A stretch of 64,000 nt of DNA, taken from NCBI GenBank assembly GCA_964019335.1, contig OZ025652.1, forward strand, positions 558,001 to 622,000. Direction: 5' to 3'. Shown piece by piece: positions 52,264-64,000 of this stretch. Below the pieces are notes generated by a model, which saw only the letters and a list, made by a program, of their open reading frames with translations, made no database searches and was not told the DNA's origin. Source of the stretch: Diplonema japonicum. Lineage: Eukaryota; Protista; Euglenozoa: Diplonemea. The first letter of the stretch is position 1, and each line of letters starts with the position of its first letter. A program made the position numbers and the translations under genes.

Positions 52264-53517
52264 TTAGCATTCGTGAGGACCGTTGTTGGCCATAAGGCGC
52301 TCGAACTCGTCTTCGGTTCTTCGTGTATAGCATGAGTTGCATTCCATGACTGTAGTGTGGCATTATTTTCTTCTTCTCCCCCCGCCAAACATACCGTTTT
52401 GCAGCTCACCCGGAATGTCGCCCGCCATGCACCTTCGCGTGTTGTCGACTGTGTTTCTGATAGGGACCAGCGTCCCGTCGCACTCAGGGTCGGGGCACAC
52501 AAAGCGTGTCACAAAGACGTTGTAAAGGGACTGCGGGTCGACTTCGTCGGAGCCCACATCGGAGTAGCCGTCGGAGAAGTCGTCGTGTCCCTCTTCCTCC
52601 ATCTTCTCCAGCTGTTCCTCGAGCTTGCAACGGCTGCACTTGCACGTGATGTCGTACGTCTCTCCGAGGTGCTCCCTCCGTTCGCTCTCTCTGTACGCGA
52701 CAGGTGTGTAGGAGATGGTAAGCTCCTCCCCCTCGGGGATGGGTTGGATTGCACGCACCATTGTAGACGACTGTGCAGCGGTGCCCATGACCTCCGCAGA
52801 GTGGTTATCAACGTAGTCGATCCTTGCGCAGTTCGGGTAGCAGTTGTGGTTGAACATCGTGAGCTTAGGTGCGAGGCACGGCCCACGCTCAGCACCTGAC
52901 GAGGTTGTCAGGACAAACCCGTTCTGAAGGTCCTTTCTGAGAATGGAATTTGCGGTGTCCGAGGCAAACTTATCCTTCAAAGGCAGCCCAAGGTAGTGGG
53001 ATACAGCAACCGACATGTGCAGGAGGACTTCCTCCTCAATGGCGTTCACATCCTCGCAGAGCGTAAGGATCTCTGCGAAGGCCTCGTCACCTGGGGTGCT
53101 GTTGTACCCACGGCCGCCGTTGTTGAGGTTGTGGGCTTGGAGAAGAAGGACGATCCAGTCCTTCTGTTGTGCGGTCAGATCTGTGTTTTCAGATAGTTTT
53201 TTTATCTCTTTGCAGATGTCCTGAGGATGCAGCTCTGCCTTGTGGGCCTGCCTGCAGTCGTCGCTGCAGTATGAATAGACACCACACCCTTGGCAGTCCG
53301 TACCTTTCTCGCACTCTCTCAAACATCTCCCGCAGAATCTTTCTTCCTGTTCTACCATTGTCGGGGCGATCACCACCGGGCTCTGCACACCAACGACCTC
53401 CCCGCTGCCGATGTCCCTCTTTGCGACAGCGCCTCTGCCTTTTCCTTCAATGTGTGATATATAAAACGGCCACTCCTCAGGGATGAGGGGGTTCCCGCCT
53501 GCATCGTGTCCGGCCAT
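52264..53517 (-). CDS. SET-MYND (SMYD/ASHR2-like) lysine methyltransferase, 2 exons
   Basis: GKGRG, MYND C..C...C..C...YCS..C...H...H...C, FNHNCYPN, GEELTISY, C.CSRC; 45-nt intron 52350-52394 adds VMECNSCYTRRTEDEF. Confidence 0.87.
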
Positions 53518-54066
53518 TTTTCCTCCTTTTCCCCCTCTTTTCTGAATTGCTTTTTCCAATGAAAGACAATGCTTTAAAAAAAGAAAAAGAAAAAATACCC
53601 CCTGGCAGCCAGAATCATCAAACTCGGACATCCCTTTCAGATCGTAGCAAGGGCGCTACTGACGAAAATGGCTGTAGGGAAGAATCACTATGAAGGAGAG
53701 AAGCATGTTCAATGACCACCATGTGAAGAAAGAAAGGGGAAGGGGGGGTGTAACAAGAAAGGAAGAAAGGCGTGTAACTAGGGGGGGGGGGAGGTGGTGA
53801 GGTATACAGTGCTCGGTAATAAAAAAGGGGGTTACCGCAACCCATGAACGATGGAGGGAAAAAAAGGGAGGAGGGGAAGCGTTATGGGATTCTTACGGTT
53901 GGTTATTTTTTTATAAAGGTGTTATTGGGGGGTGGGGGGGATGAAATTGGCAAAAGAAAAAAAGAGGAAAGATGACTCTTCCCTTTTACTCCACAGCTTT
54001 TTCTTTTTTTATTTTTTATTATATTTTTTATTACCTTGTTTCTCTTTGTACGGTATCCAAGAAATG

Positions 54067-54116
<50 letters not shown>

Positions 54117-54556
54117 AGGGAAGTCCCACTTGAGGACGGCAAATTTTCAAATACAAGTTACCTCGCACAAGAAGGAAAACAGAAAGGAATAAAAAAATAC
54201 TTTTAAAAAATAAAAGAACAACTGAGAAAGAAGGTAGTTAGTTGCAACCCCGTTTATTTCCCCCCTCTCTTCTTTTCTTTTCTTTTCTTTTCTCAAAACC
54301 GTTTCGCTATTTCCCCCCATCTTTTTTTTTTTTTTTCCCCGCGTTCATTAAGAGCTAAATAATAAATGTGGATATGGAAGATAAAACGGGAGGGAAAAAA
54401 AAAAACACAATATACTTTGGTTTTTTTTTTTTTTTTTTTGCACCACCTCACCGGGAAAAAAAAAAAAATCACAGGGAGTGGGTGGGGGTAAAAAAAAAAA
54501 ATCTATGCTATGAAACAGAAAAAGAAGAAAAGAAAAAAGAAAAATTTTTTTTTCTT

Positions 54557-55327
54557 TCAAGCCAGTTGCAAAATAACTTGTTTTTTAACCTTGCACATAG
54601 TTTTCGCTGCCTTGTAACGCTTGAGATACGCATTAGCAACTTTAAATCTAGAGAAAAGGGTGTTCTCAAGGCTAAGCGTGGGCCACTCTACGGAAATCTC
54701 ATTATGGTAGTCCTCAGCAACAGTAGGGAAGAATCTACCCGATTCTGACACAAGCATATCAAGGTAGGCAGCTTCAAATGGGGGAAGGGCTGTGGGGCCA
54801 TATCTCGCACGCGGCACTGTGGGCGGAGCCAACGTGGATTTCGTCTTTGTAAAGTCTAAAACGTGCATGGGCCCTGAACCACTGCATTTTGTTGTTGTTT
54901 TGTAAACAGTTTTTGCAAGGTTCGACAGAAGTTTCTTTTGCACCTTGTCAACTACTGTGTATCTAAGTACCCTCATATTCGGGTCAAGGAGGAAGAGCTC
55001 CATTGACATGTGAAAGGCCTTCATCCCGTCACCACCAAAAGCTTGAACAGCTTTGCAGTGCGGGGCCCTTTCGGGTAGATCATTTTCCTGCTTCGCTTCT
55101 TCTTCCTCTTCCTCTTCTGCTTCCGTTTTCTTCAGCCTCCCATTCACATGCTTCCCCTTCCCCCTTCTCTTTGCCCGGCTAACCCTTATCATTTGCCTTT
55201 CTTCGTCGCTGCTGTCATCGAATCCCACTTGACAGGTAAACCTGGACATGGAGACTGGGCTGTAAGGGTCAAACGTAAAGCTTTCCTCTGGAGAGGACGT
55301 TATCCACTTGGGGGAGGTCTTGCCCAT
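54557..55327 (-). CDS. Hypothetical protein with degenerate R3H-like domain
   Basis: 256 aa ORF; central M..FLLD...L......QKKLL..LA..Y......GSG....FTKT resembles the R3H fold but lacks the RxxxH motif. Confidence 0.6.
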   Translation of the reverse strand: MGKTSPKWITSSPEESFTFDPYSPVSMSRFTCQVGFDDSSDEERQMIRVSRAKRRGKGKHVNGRLKKTEAEEEEEEEAKQENDLPERAPHCKAVQAFGGDGMKAFHMSMELFLLDPNMRVLRYTVVDKVQKKLLSNLAKTVYKTTTKCSGSGPMHVLDFTKTKSTLAPPTVPRARYGPTALPPFEAAYLDMLVSESGRFFPTVAEDYHNEISVEWPTLSLENTLFSRFKVANAYLKRYKAAKTMCKVKKQVILQLA

Positions 55328-55583
55328 TTTTATATATATATTTTTTTAATCTCCCCCTTTAATATATTTTATTATTTTTCTTTTTGGAAGTGCGGAGTGC
55401 TAATAAAGGAAGCGGGGGGTAACAAAAGAGAAATGAAGAAGTGGAAATAAAATTACAACATCAAGGGGAGGGGGGGGGGGGGGGGGGACAAACAAAAAAA
55501 AAGAGGGGGAAATCTATGTTACAACAGGTGTACAAAGGGAGGGAACAGTAATCAAAGAAAGGGGGGGGGGGGGGGGGGGAAGA

Positions 55584-55955
55584 TCAGCGAAGCGCGATAG
55601 GAGAAGCAAGTAAAACCGGATCGAGAAGACGTGTGTCGCGAACAGGGGAGTGGCCGTAGCGCTCCATGTCGATGGTTGCGAAGCACTCCCTGTGCATGTC
55701 ACGCATGTCGGTAGTCCACTTGCTCTGCGACACGGCACTATCAGCAACACCGACCTTTTCCACAGCTTGCACTGCAGCGTTGTGCTCCTCCCTCAGGTTC
55801 ACGTCCGTGTCTCCTGGACGAGCTACGAAAAAGTTCGGGCGCACCACATTCACATCTCTGTAAGTAGCCGGTGGCGGCTCAACAACACCCATGTCGAGTC
55901 TAGGATGCTTGGTCACAACAGGCGAAGTCACACCTACGGGAGACACAGGGAGAGA

Positions 55956-55958
<3 letters not shown>
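55584..55958 (-). CDS. Small hypothetical protein (124 aa)
   Basis: ATG after a long A-run; GC-rich coding-like composition bounded by homopolymers. Confidence 0.65.
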
Positions 55959-55990
<32 letters not shown>

Positions 55991-56852
55991 CCTCGCCTTT
56001 TTATGAGACAATTTGTGGAGGGGATGCAAAAAAAAAGGGGGGATGAGGGGAATGAAACACGTTAATAAAATGTGCTTTTTTTTTTTTTTTTTTTTTTTTT
56101 GCGCGGGGGAGGCGTGAGTGTGTTAGAAAAACATCAGGAGGGAGGAGAGGATTTTCTTTTCCCCCCCCCATTGGTCTGCGGAGTAGTTGCTATAAGGAAA
56201 AATCAAAAAGGGGGGGTTTTTTTTATATAAAAAAAAAATAGAAGGATTTTACAACTTTGCCTGCAGGCGTGCCAACAGAACAATATCCCTCACCTCGCCA
56301 AATCGTACTCGTAACCATCGGGGGGTGGATCCGTGGGCCTTGCGCTCCTTTTTAACACATGAGATGAGCCCGCCATCAGCTTCCATGCACAGGGGCAGCT
56401 TCCCCCCACCTGTGTTGAGAGTCAAGGGGTCAATAGGTTTTATATAAAAAAAAATAGTTTATAAAAACATACAAATGTTTATTACATATCGTAATACAAA
56501 AAGGGGTTAAATGTGAGATACAGTGCGAAATGCGGAGAGGAATAAAAAGAAAAAAAGAGAGAAAAACAGGTTCTATGAAAGAAGAAGGGCCAACACATTC
56601 AAAGAAAGTACCGACAATGAGGAACAAGAAAAATAAAAAATTTAAAAAAAAAAAAAAGAATCACCGGTGCAAAGCACACCAGTCGAGGAAACAACACAAA
56701 CAAAAAAAAGGGGTGTATTCAATAAGTCCTCGGTGTGCCCACCGTTCATTAAGGAATCCACACTATAGTCAAAAAAGCAAAGGGCGGGAAATACAATATG
56801 TACACAAGGCGGGAGAGTTCTTCTTGTCCTTCATAAAGTGAAGGAGGACGGT

Positions 56853-58628
56853 CTACAGCAAAGGCGGCCTTGTTGGGGGGAAGTATGGCTGAGGGAGCTC
56901 CCTAGTAGGAGAGACGGTGGGGGGCAGTGCGGTGGGAAATGCACGAGATCCATTTCGCTGCTGGAAGTTAGTGTGTTCAGACCGGAGGCGTGCCTCCTGC
57001 GCTTCAAGGTTCTGCCTCTGCGCTCGGAGGTTGAGCTCCTGGTCGATAAGAGGCTGCTCTTCGTGCTGTACACGAAGGATCTGCGCCGTGTGTTCCTGGC
57101 ATTCCTGCTCTAAGGACCTGATGACCGCCTCCTGCCCTTCAAGACTCTTCCTCGACTCCGCCTCAGCAACCTTTGCCGCAGCCTCTCTCTCCCTGAAAAC
57201 CATGAGCTCCCTGTCCTCAGCGTCCTTGATTGCACGCGCCTTCAGAGTTGCCTCTCGCGATGCATGGTTGTACGCAGTGGACTCCTTTTCACGCTCTTGC
57301 GACGCCACCAACGCTGCCTCCGCCACCGCCAGCTGCTCGTCCTGCATGGCAGCAAGCCTCTCCGCTTCCAGCTTCGCCACTGCTTTGCTCTGTTCTATAG
57401 ACTGTGCTGCTTGTAAATCAGCCAGCCTCGCCTGCCCGGCAGCCCTTTGGCTCTCCACTTCCAGTTGCATCTCCCTCAACAGCCTCTCCAGTTCCTTGTA
57501 TTTCTCTTCGGATTTTAAGATCTCCATCTCCTGTGCCTTCATCAAGGCATCCGTGTGCTCCACGCCCCTCAAGCTCTCCTGGTGGCTTAGCTCCGACTGC
57601 CGTGTCGCCTCCACAGCCCGCTGCACCTCCGTCGCACGGATCGACACCTCATATGCAGACCTGTCGCACTCTTGTCTGGCGCTCTGCACCCTCACCTCCG
57701 ACTCCCGCTCGTTGGCCTCTTGCTGCGCCACTTCTGTCGCAGCGTTTGTGACTTTCATCTCGTGTGCGTTTGTGGCTGCCGTTGACTGCACAATCATCAT
57801 CTTCGCCTCTGCATCTCTTGTCTTCAGAGATTCCAGCATCCCCTTGGCGGCCTCGAGCCCCTCATTCTGCTTGACTCCTACCCAGAACTCTCTGCATCTG
57901 TTGACCATGGCATCTAGCAGTGTGGGGTATGCTTCGCCGAATTTCTGGAACTCAGCGTACGAGACAGTGGTGTCAAGGTCCTTCCCGAAGAAGGAGGCGG
58001 GGGATATGCCTGGCGGGACGTCGATCCTCAGGGTGTTGAGCAGGGCGCTGAAGTCGGTGAGGAGGGCGACACCTGTCTTCCTGCTGTCGATTTCGTCGAA
58101 CACAGTGCGCACCTTGTCCTCGTAGGTGACCCCGATGCTGGGGTCCGCGGGGATGGCGAGGACGGAGGTGGGAAGGATTGCCGCAGCAGGTGCAGGTGCA
58201 GGTGCAGGTGTGGGAGTGAAGGGCTGGGAATAGGAATGCAATGCGCTGTAAGGAGACGCAGGTACAGTGGCAGCTGGCCGGTGCAGACTCGGCTCGCTGA
58301 CAGCAGGTGCCTTTGTTGCAGGCGGCAGCTTGCTCTGTATCTCCTTGTGGAATTGTGTCTCGGGTTGGAATGCATAAATCTGACACATCTGTGTTATCTG
58401 CGTGGCACTCAGCAGGTCCACCCACAGCTCTACCTTCTCGTCGAACACCTGCAGCCTCTGGATCGCAAACACTGTCGGGTCACCGGGCGGTCTCCGCACG
58501 TTGCCCTCCTGCGTGAACACGTGTTCGACCCGCCTCTGCAGATCCTGCAGCGACGGCTGGCTGTTGAAGCATATCTCGTAGTTCAGCTTCGTCCCGAACA
58601 GGTCAGCGGCCGCTAGAATTGAGAACAT
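56853..58628 (-). CDS. BILBO1-like cytoskeletal protein (BILBO1 N-terminal domain, EF-hands, long coiled coil)
   Basis: AADLFGTKLNYEI.F...PS..L.R..E..F..E...RRP....F.....FDE....WVDL....Q....CQIYAFQP...HKE.Q..LPPA.K resembles the trypanosome BILBO1 NTD; then VFDEID EF-hand region and coiled coil. Confidence 0.82.
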   Translation of the reverse strand: MFSILAAADLFGTKLNYEICFNSQPSLQDLQRRVEHVFTQEGNVRRPPGDPTVFAIQRLQVFDEKVELWVDLLSATQITQMCQIYAFQPETQFHKEIQSKLPPATKAPAVSEPSLHRPAATVPASPYSALHSYSQPFTPTPAPAPAPAAAILPTSVLAIPADPSIGVTYEDKVRTVFDEIDSRKTGVALLTDFSALLNTLRIDVPPGISPASFFGKDLDTTVSYAEFQKFGEAYPTLLDAMVNRCREFWVGVKQNEGLEAAKGMLESLKTRDAEAKMMIVQSTAATNAHEMKVTNAATEVAQQEANERESEVRVQSARQECDRSAYEVSIRATEVQRAVEATRQSELSHQESLRGVEHTDALMKAQEMEILKSEEKYKELERLLREMQLEVESQRAAGQARLADLQAAQSIEQSKAVAKLEAERLAAMQDEQLAVAEAALVASQEREKESTAYNHASREATLKARAIKDAEDRELMVFREREAAAKVAEAESRKSLEGQEAVIRSLEQECQEHTAQILRVQHEEQPLIDQELNLRAQRQNLEAQEARLRSEHTNFQQRNGSRAFPTALPPTVSPTRELPQPYFPPTRPPLL

Positions 58629-58895
58629 TTTTTTTTTTTTGTTTCTCCCGTTTTTTGTTTCTCTGAGATTGGCTTATGGGATGTCGAAAAGAAGAATACC
58701 AGAATACAACGTTGGTGAGAGAGCACGTGAAGAAAAGAAAGAAGGTTCAAGGACAGCCATCTACGTAGTGAATAGTCAACACGGCATGAGGTGTGATCCG
58801 TTGAAGCGACATTCATCATACACATCACAAATCAGCACACAATTTATTTTAACAATAATATCGTTTTTTTTTTTTTTTTTATATATTTTTTTTTA

Positions 58896-60266
58896 TCAGT
58901 TATCGCACAGTTCCTTGCCCACCCAATTGTAGGCGGTGATCCTGCGGAGTTTAGGCACGGCCTCGAAAGAAGAGGACACTGTCAGTGTATAGGCGACAGG
59001 CCCTGACGCTTCGGAAGCAATGTTCACAATACGCTTGTGGCCAATTCCTGTCGAGGAGAGCACCGTGAGACCCCCGGCAGACAGATGCCATTCATTGACC
59101 ACCTGCCCTGCAGTCTGATCCTCCATCACGGAGAACGACATGTTTCTCGTGGCAGGGACTGTGAAGGTGTATGCCCACCCTGTCCCGGCAGGTTGCATGG
59201 GTGCCGTGATGTTCACATCGTATATCTGGTCGGAGAAAAGGCATTTGATGGCAGCGCCGAACTTAGCATACGCGGTGACATCAGCCTGCGGTACAGCACC
59301 GGTGGAGTCGGGTGCCATGTTGAGGATGAGGTTGGAGGCACGCCCGACGGAAGTCAGGTAGTTGGAAACAAGCTTTGTAGTGGATTTAATAGTATTTTCC
59401 GTGTTGTTCCACCAGAACCAATAATGCTCGCGGAGGACGGTATCGGCACTGGGGGGCATGAAGGAGACGGAATGCGGGTCGCCGTTGACAGTGCCGTTCG
59501 ACGCACCCCACGAAGGCAGGGGCATCACACCCTCCTCGTTGCCCATCCAACGCAGACCAACATCACGAGAAAAGTTAACACAAGAATGACACAACGCATC
59601 GGGAACAAGCTCGCTGACCACCTGCGGCACGGAAGGCGTCAGCACAGTGTCCACACCACCGTCATACCACACCTCATACGCACCTTTGTACCCGTAAAGC
59701 TCGCGAAGCTGCTTTCCTACAATATCGTTGTACTGTTCCTGAGTGTAGGTGACACCGCCAAGAGGCGGCCACCCTACCTTGAAGTCGTTGACACCGAGGA
59801 ACCAATTGTAATGCGACGAGTAAAAGAAGCCAGGCTTCATGTTGTACTTCTCACAGCTTGTGAGGAAGTCTTTGACAAGGTCTCCACCGCCGCCCTTCCA
59901 CTTTGTGTGTGCAATGGAGAAGTTGTGGAGTTTCGTGTCCCATAAGGTAAACCCTGTCATGTGGTCAGCAACCAGGACGATGTACTTTGCACCGAAAGAA
60001 GACGCGATTTCTACCCACTTGTCGGTGTCCAGTGCATAGGGGTTCCACTCAGCGGTGGATTTAAGGCTTGGAACATAGCCCATGCTTTGGCATTTTTGGC
60101 TGCTTCTGCCAGGATTGTTTTCTTCCATGCAATACGTTTGGAGGTTCCACGTGATCATGGCACCCACCTCTAGGTCCATCCAGCCCAGTTGCTTCGCAGA
60201 AGGCTTTGCCACACCTTGTGCTGCACCTATTAGTGCAAAACATGTCAGTATTATGCTTGGTTTCAT
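58896..60266 (-). CDS. Alpha-L-fucosidase (GH29), secreted
   Basis: Signal peptide MKPSIIL, PS..QL.W, GAKYIVLVA.H..GF.LW.T, EVWYDG, RWMGNEEG, SVGR.SNLILN.APD. Confidence 0.9.
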   Translation of the reverse strand: MKPSIILTCFALIGAAQGVAKPSAKQLGWMDLEVGAMITWNLQTYCMEENNPGRSSQKCQSMGYVPSLKSTAEWNPYALDTDKWVEIASSFGAKYIVLVADHMTGFTLWDTKLHNFSIAHTKWKGGGGDLVKDFLTSCEKYNMKPGFFYSSHYNWFLGVNDFKVGWPPLGGVTYTQEQYNDIVGKQLRELYGYKGAYEVWYDGGVDTVLTPSVPQVVSELVPDALCHSCVNFSRDVGLRWMGNEEGVMPLPSWGASNGTVNGDPHSVSFMPPSADTVLREHYWFWWNNTENTIKSTTKLVSNYLTSVGRASNLILNMAPDSTGAVPQADVTAYAKFGAAIKCLFSDQIYDVNITAPMQPAGTGWAYTFTVPATRNMSFSVMEDQTAGQVVNEWHLSAGGLTVLSSTGIGHKRIVNIASEASGPVAYTLTVSSSFEAVPKLRRITAYNWVGKELCDN

Positions 60267-61899
60267 TTGTTTTATGTTTTTTTTTTTTTTTTTTTTTTTC
60301 CCCTTCCTTTTTTTTTGTTGCAGACGGGCAAAGTGCGTTGTTAAATAATAATGAAAAGAACTAAGGATCTCAGGGAAGGGAATTAAAAAAAAGGGGGGGT
60401 CGATGAAAAAGGAATCATAAAAAATAAAAAGATAAAAAAAAAAAGAAAATTGAGAGGAGTACAAAAAAAAAGAAGAAGAATTGTGGAAGACCACAAAAAA
60501 AAAGAAAATAAAAAACTGGGAGGGAAGAAAAGGAATTGTGAAAAAAAGGGGGGGGGGGAGGATTGGAGATTGTAAAAAAAAGAAAATATGGAGGGGGGAG
60601 TACGTTTGCTCCCTTTTTCTTGTTTTTTTCTGTTATGTATGTCATGTATTTCTTCTTGTTCCGGTGTGCGGGAACGTTGTGTATTGTTAGAACTTTTTTT
60701 TTCTTAAAGCTTTCCACGAAGAAATTGTATAAAAAAAAAGAAGATAAAAAAATAAAAACTGTAATATCTTTCCCCACCTCCAAAAAAAGAAAAAAAAAGA
60801 GCTTTTTTTTTTGGTTCATTTTGCCTCTTTTCGATATCTCGTTTAGAGAATCTTAATTTTTTTTTATTATTTGTGTTTTATTTTATTCATTTCTTTCCAC
60901 GTCCTTTTCAAAAGGGCGGAGAAAAAAAAAAAAAGCGGAGAGAAAAAAAAAGAAGGAAAAGGTGAATGGGGGGGGACCTCCAGCTTATTTTCTGTTTTTT
61001 TTTTTTTGGCTTCTTTTAACGCCCCATATCTCCAAAAGTTATAGACTATAAACTTTTCTCAAGAATTCCAGATTTGAATCATGCAAAAACCCTACCTTTA
61101 CAACCGGTGGAAAGGTGCCTGGAGGTGTTTTTGAGATTTCAATAAAAAAGAAATAGCAATTTTCTGTGTCCTCCTTATGGAAAGGAGTACTAGACAGTTT
61201 TAGAGATATGGGTGTGTACATTTATTCATTTTTTTTTTTTTTTCTCCCTTCTCTCCAGTTTAAATTTCCCATCCTTTATTCTTTCAGCACAGGTAACTCC
61301 CTATTGTTATTTCTTGCTTTTTTTTTGTTTAAAAAATCTTTTTAAAAAAAAAATAACAATAAGGGAGGGCGCCTTGCGTCTGATCTAGAGGGTGAGAAAA
61401 ATACAAAAAAGAGATGCGAATAAAAAAAAAGAGAGAAAAAAAGGGGGGTAAAAAGAAACAACAAAAAAGAACAGAGAAGGGGGGGGGTGTTTGGAAAAAA
61501 GGAGTATAAAAAACCCCCCGGGCAAAGAAGAAGAAAAAAAAAACACACATTTTTTTTTTCTCTTTTCTCGCAGCACAGAATTTTTTATTAGGCAGCAATC
61601 AGGGTGGCCCTGATATTTTTTCTCACTCCATTTTTTTCCCCCCTCTTATCCAAAAAGAAGGAAGAGGGAAATAAACAGATGAAAAAAACACAATAAAATT
61701 CTCTGACTTTGAAGAAACTGATTCCACAGGTGGGGAATTTGAAAGGGGGGGTCTTACTCCTTTGAGTTTATGTTTTTTTTTCTCCTCTGGTGATCCTCGA
61801 ATCTCAGAAAAAAAAACAAAACAAAACATAAAGGCGAAGAGTAGTGGGGGTGATAAATAAAAACAAAATAAAGGCAGTTTTTAGCACTTTTTTTTTTTC

Positions 61900-61930
<31 letters not shown>

Positions 61931-62427
61931 TTTTTGGTTTCCTTGGGGGAGGGAAACAATACCACAGCGTTTCAAAAAAAAGAATACAGCGGGCAGCGAG
62001 TGAAGGGGGATAAGAACCGTAAATATTTCCTCATTATTTTTATTTTTTTTCGAAATCGTGGCATCAATCTGCTTTCAAAGCACCGGCTTTTTCGAGGACA
62101 AGGTCATGGGAAGGGGAGGTGGGGGAGGGGGGGAGGTAGGCAACGAGAGTAAAGCTCCTTCACCTATTTCACACCGAACTGAAAAAAAAAAGATCAAAAA
62201 GGCTGCGGAGTACGAACACTAAACAAAGGTCTCATTTCATGAAGTTCTTTTTTTCTTTTTTCGAATTTTATTTTCTGAAACAATAATAATAATAAAAAAA
62301 GAAGCGTCCTCACCCTCAATTTCCTTTGGCGTAAGAAGTGGCCAGAGTGAATTAAAACTCGAGAAACACTGGAAAGAAAAAAAGCAAAAGGAAGAAGTTC
62401 AGATATCTATCAGCACCGCTCCCCCGC

Positions 62428-64000
62428 TCATGCAGGTGACATAGGAAGGTCCTCGCTGAGGTAGTTGATGTCGTCCACAGGGTGGCGGTAGAGGCCCTGC
62501 TTGAGACGCTTCTGGTCGAGGAAGTGTCCGATGAAGCCCGCGGTCCTCCCCATCACGAAGAGGCCGTTCAGGGTGCCGTTGGCGATGGCCTCGTCGGCCT
62601 CCTGCCTCGTGAAGTGTCCGCAGCTCCTCAGAAGGTCGACGAAGGCGCAGGCGATGCACCCGTCCACGTTCAGGATCAGGTTCCCCTTCTTCTTTGTCGT
62701 CACCTCCTCCACGGCGAGCGCGAAGTCCAAGATGTCGGTCGACGGGAAGTGCTTCTTCGCGAACTCCTTCACGATCGTCACACGCATGTCAGGGTTGTGG
62801 ATAGACTTCAGCTTGTGCCCGATCCCCATGATCAGCTTGTTCTCCCTCTTCATGTTGGTCACGAAGTTCTCTGCGCTCACCCCGGTGTCGAAAGCGTTCG
62901 CGAACATCTCTGCCGCCTCGTCAAGAGCTCCCCCGAAGCGGGGCCCGATCGTCAGCAGACCGCTCACAAGCGACGACACGAGGTCCTTCCCAGCACGCGC
63001 CGTCACGATCGTGTTGTGCGCTCCGGACACCGCAGGGCCGTGGTCCGCCGTCACCATCAGCACGATTTCAATGAACTTTGCAGCGTAGGCAGGGAGCCTC
63101 CTCCTGAACCAGAGGAGGGACAGGACACCCCCGACACCGATGTCCTCCTCGAACACCTTGCTGATGGGCATCCCGGCGTAGGTGAGCTCCTCCCCACGCT
63201 CGTCCACAATGGAGGACAGGAAGGCTGCAGGCTTTCGGATCAGACCGAGCTTCTTCGCCCAAGAGTAGTCCATCGGGACCTGGGGGGGCTCCGGCTCCGC
63301 TTCGCACACCACCACCTTCTTTTCCAGCAGGCTCTTGAAAACTTCCGTGATCTTGTCCCCGAAGGTGTCGAAGCTGCTGGGAACGTTCGCTCCAGCCGCT
63401 GCCATCGCCGCGTTCTTCGCCGCCGCCGTCTCCAGCTGGCTCCTCGCGAGCGCCCCGGCGTGCCCGAACTGCACCTCGAACGAGAAGCACTTCGCGCAGG
63501 TTCCAACGCACCACGCCACGAGGGGCTTTGTGATGCGCCCGTCCTTGATCGCCTCACAAACGTCATACTCGTCCGTTCCACCGACCTCCCCGAGAAGCAC
63601 CAGCAGCTTGATGTTCGGGTTCTTCTCGTACCTCAGAAGCACATCCAAGAAGCGCGTCCCAGGGTACCTGTCACCCCCGATGGCGAGACCCTCCGCCACA
63701 CCGTCCGCACTCCGCGAAACAATGTTGTTCAACTCGTTCGACATCCCACCAGACTTCGACACGTAGCCGACGGATCCAGGGCGGTACAGCTTGCACGCCA
63801 CGATGTTCTCAATCGCACCACCAGTGTTCCCGACACGGAAGGCGCCGGGTTGCAGACCTCCGACAGTCGCCGGCCCGATGAAGTTCACGCACCTGCGCTC
63901 GGCCTCCTTGATCAGGAGACGGGTCTGCCTCTCGGGCACACCCTCCGCGATCACCGCCACAGTCTTGATCTGTCCGCTGTGGCCAAGGGCTTCCATGGTG
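62428..64000 (-). CDS. ACLY: ATP-citrate lyase, C-terminal part (5' end outside window)
   Basis: [37 protein letters not shown] phospho-His, [26 protein letters not shown]. Confidence 0.97.
   Translation of the reverse strand, partial: TMEALGHSGQIKTVAVIAEGVPERQTRLLIKEAERRCVNFIGPATVGGLQPGAFRVGNTGGAIENIVACKLYRPGSVGYVSKSGGMSNELNNIVSRSADGVAEGLAIGGDRYPGTRFLDVLLRYEKNPNIKLLVLLGEVGGTDEYDVCEAIKDGRITKPLVAWCVGTCAKCFSFEVQFGHAGALARSQLETAAAKNAAMAAAGANVPSSFDTFGDKITEVFKSLLEKKVVVCEAEPEPPQVPMDYSWAKKLGLIRKPAAFLSSIVDERGEELTYAGMPISKVFEEDIGVGGVLSLLWFRRRLPAYAAKFIEIVLMVTADHGPAVSGAHNTIVTARAGKDLVSSLVSGLLTIGPRFGGALDEAAEMFANAFDTGVSAENFVTNMKRENKLIMGIGHKLKSIHNPDMRVTIVKEFAKKHFPSTDILDFALAVEEVTTKKKGNLILNVDGCIACAFVDLLRSCGHFTRQEADEAIANGTLNGLFVMGRTAGFIGHFLDQKRLKQGLYRHPVDDINYLSEDLPMSPA

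Overview
Eukaryotic nuclear DNA, most likely a diplonemid or related euglenozoan (inference). All ~24 credible protein genes and all snoRNAs lie on the minus strand as one directional cluster. Other supporting signs are a BILBO1-like gene, single-hairpin AGA-box pseudouridylation guides, a few very short GT-AG introns, and intergenic DNA full of homopolymer runs. The main structure the ORF track misses is a ~1.3 kb snoRNA module of seven species (five box C/D, two AGA-box). It occurs in four clusters (~42 gene copies) and three times travels with an intronless cathepsin L-like gene and a ~110 nt structured element; two of those copies also sit next to a NADAR gene. Several guides match conserved rRNA motifs. 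Unusual architectures include RING-vWA-ankyrin-ART-like, globin-PH-CAP-Gly-AGC kinase, and AAA_28/CYTH fused through two tiny introns to an IBR/RING2 domain. Mobile DNA comprises a degenerate Sola2-like transposon, a LINE 3' fragment plus a solo copy of its terminal motif, and two MITE-like elements. All homology calls come from motif recognition; no searches were run.
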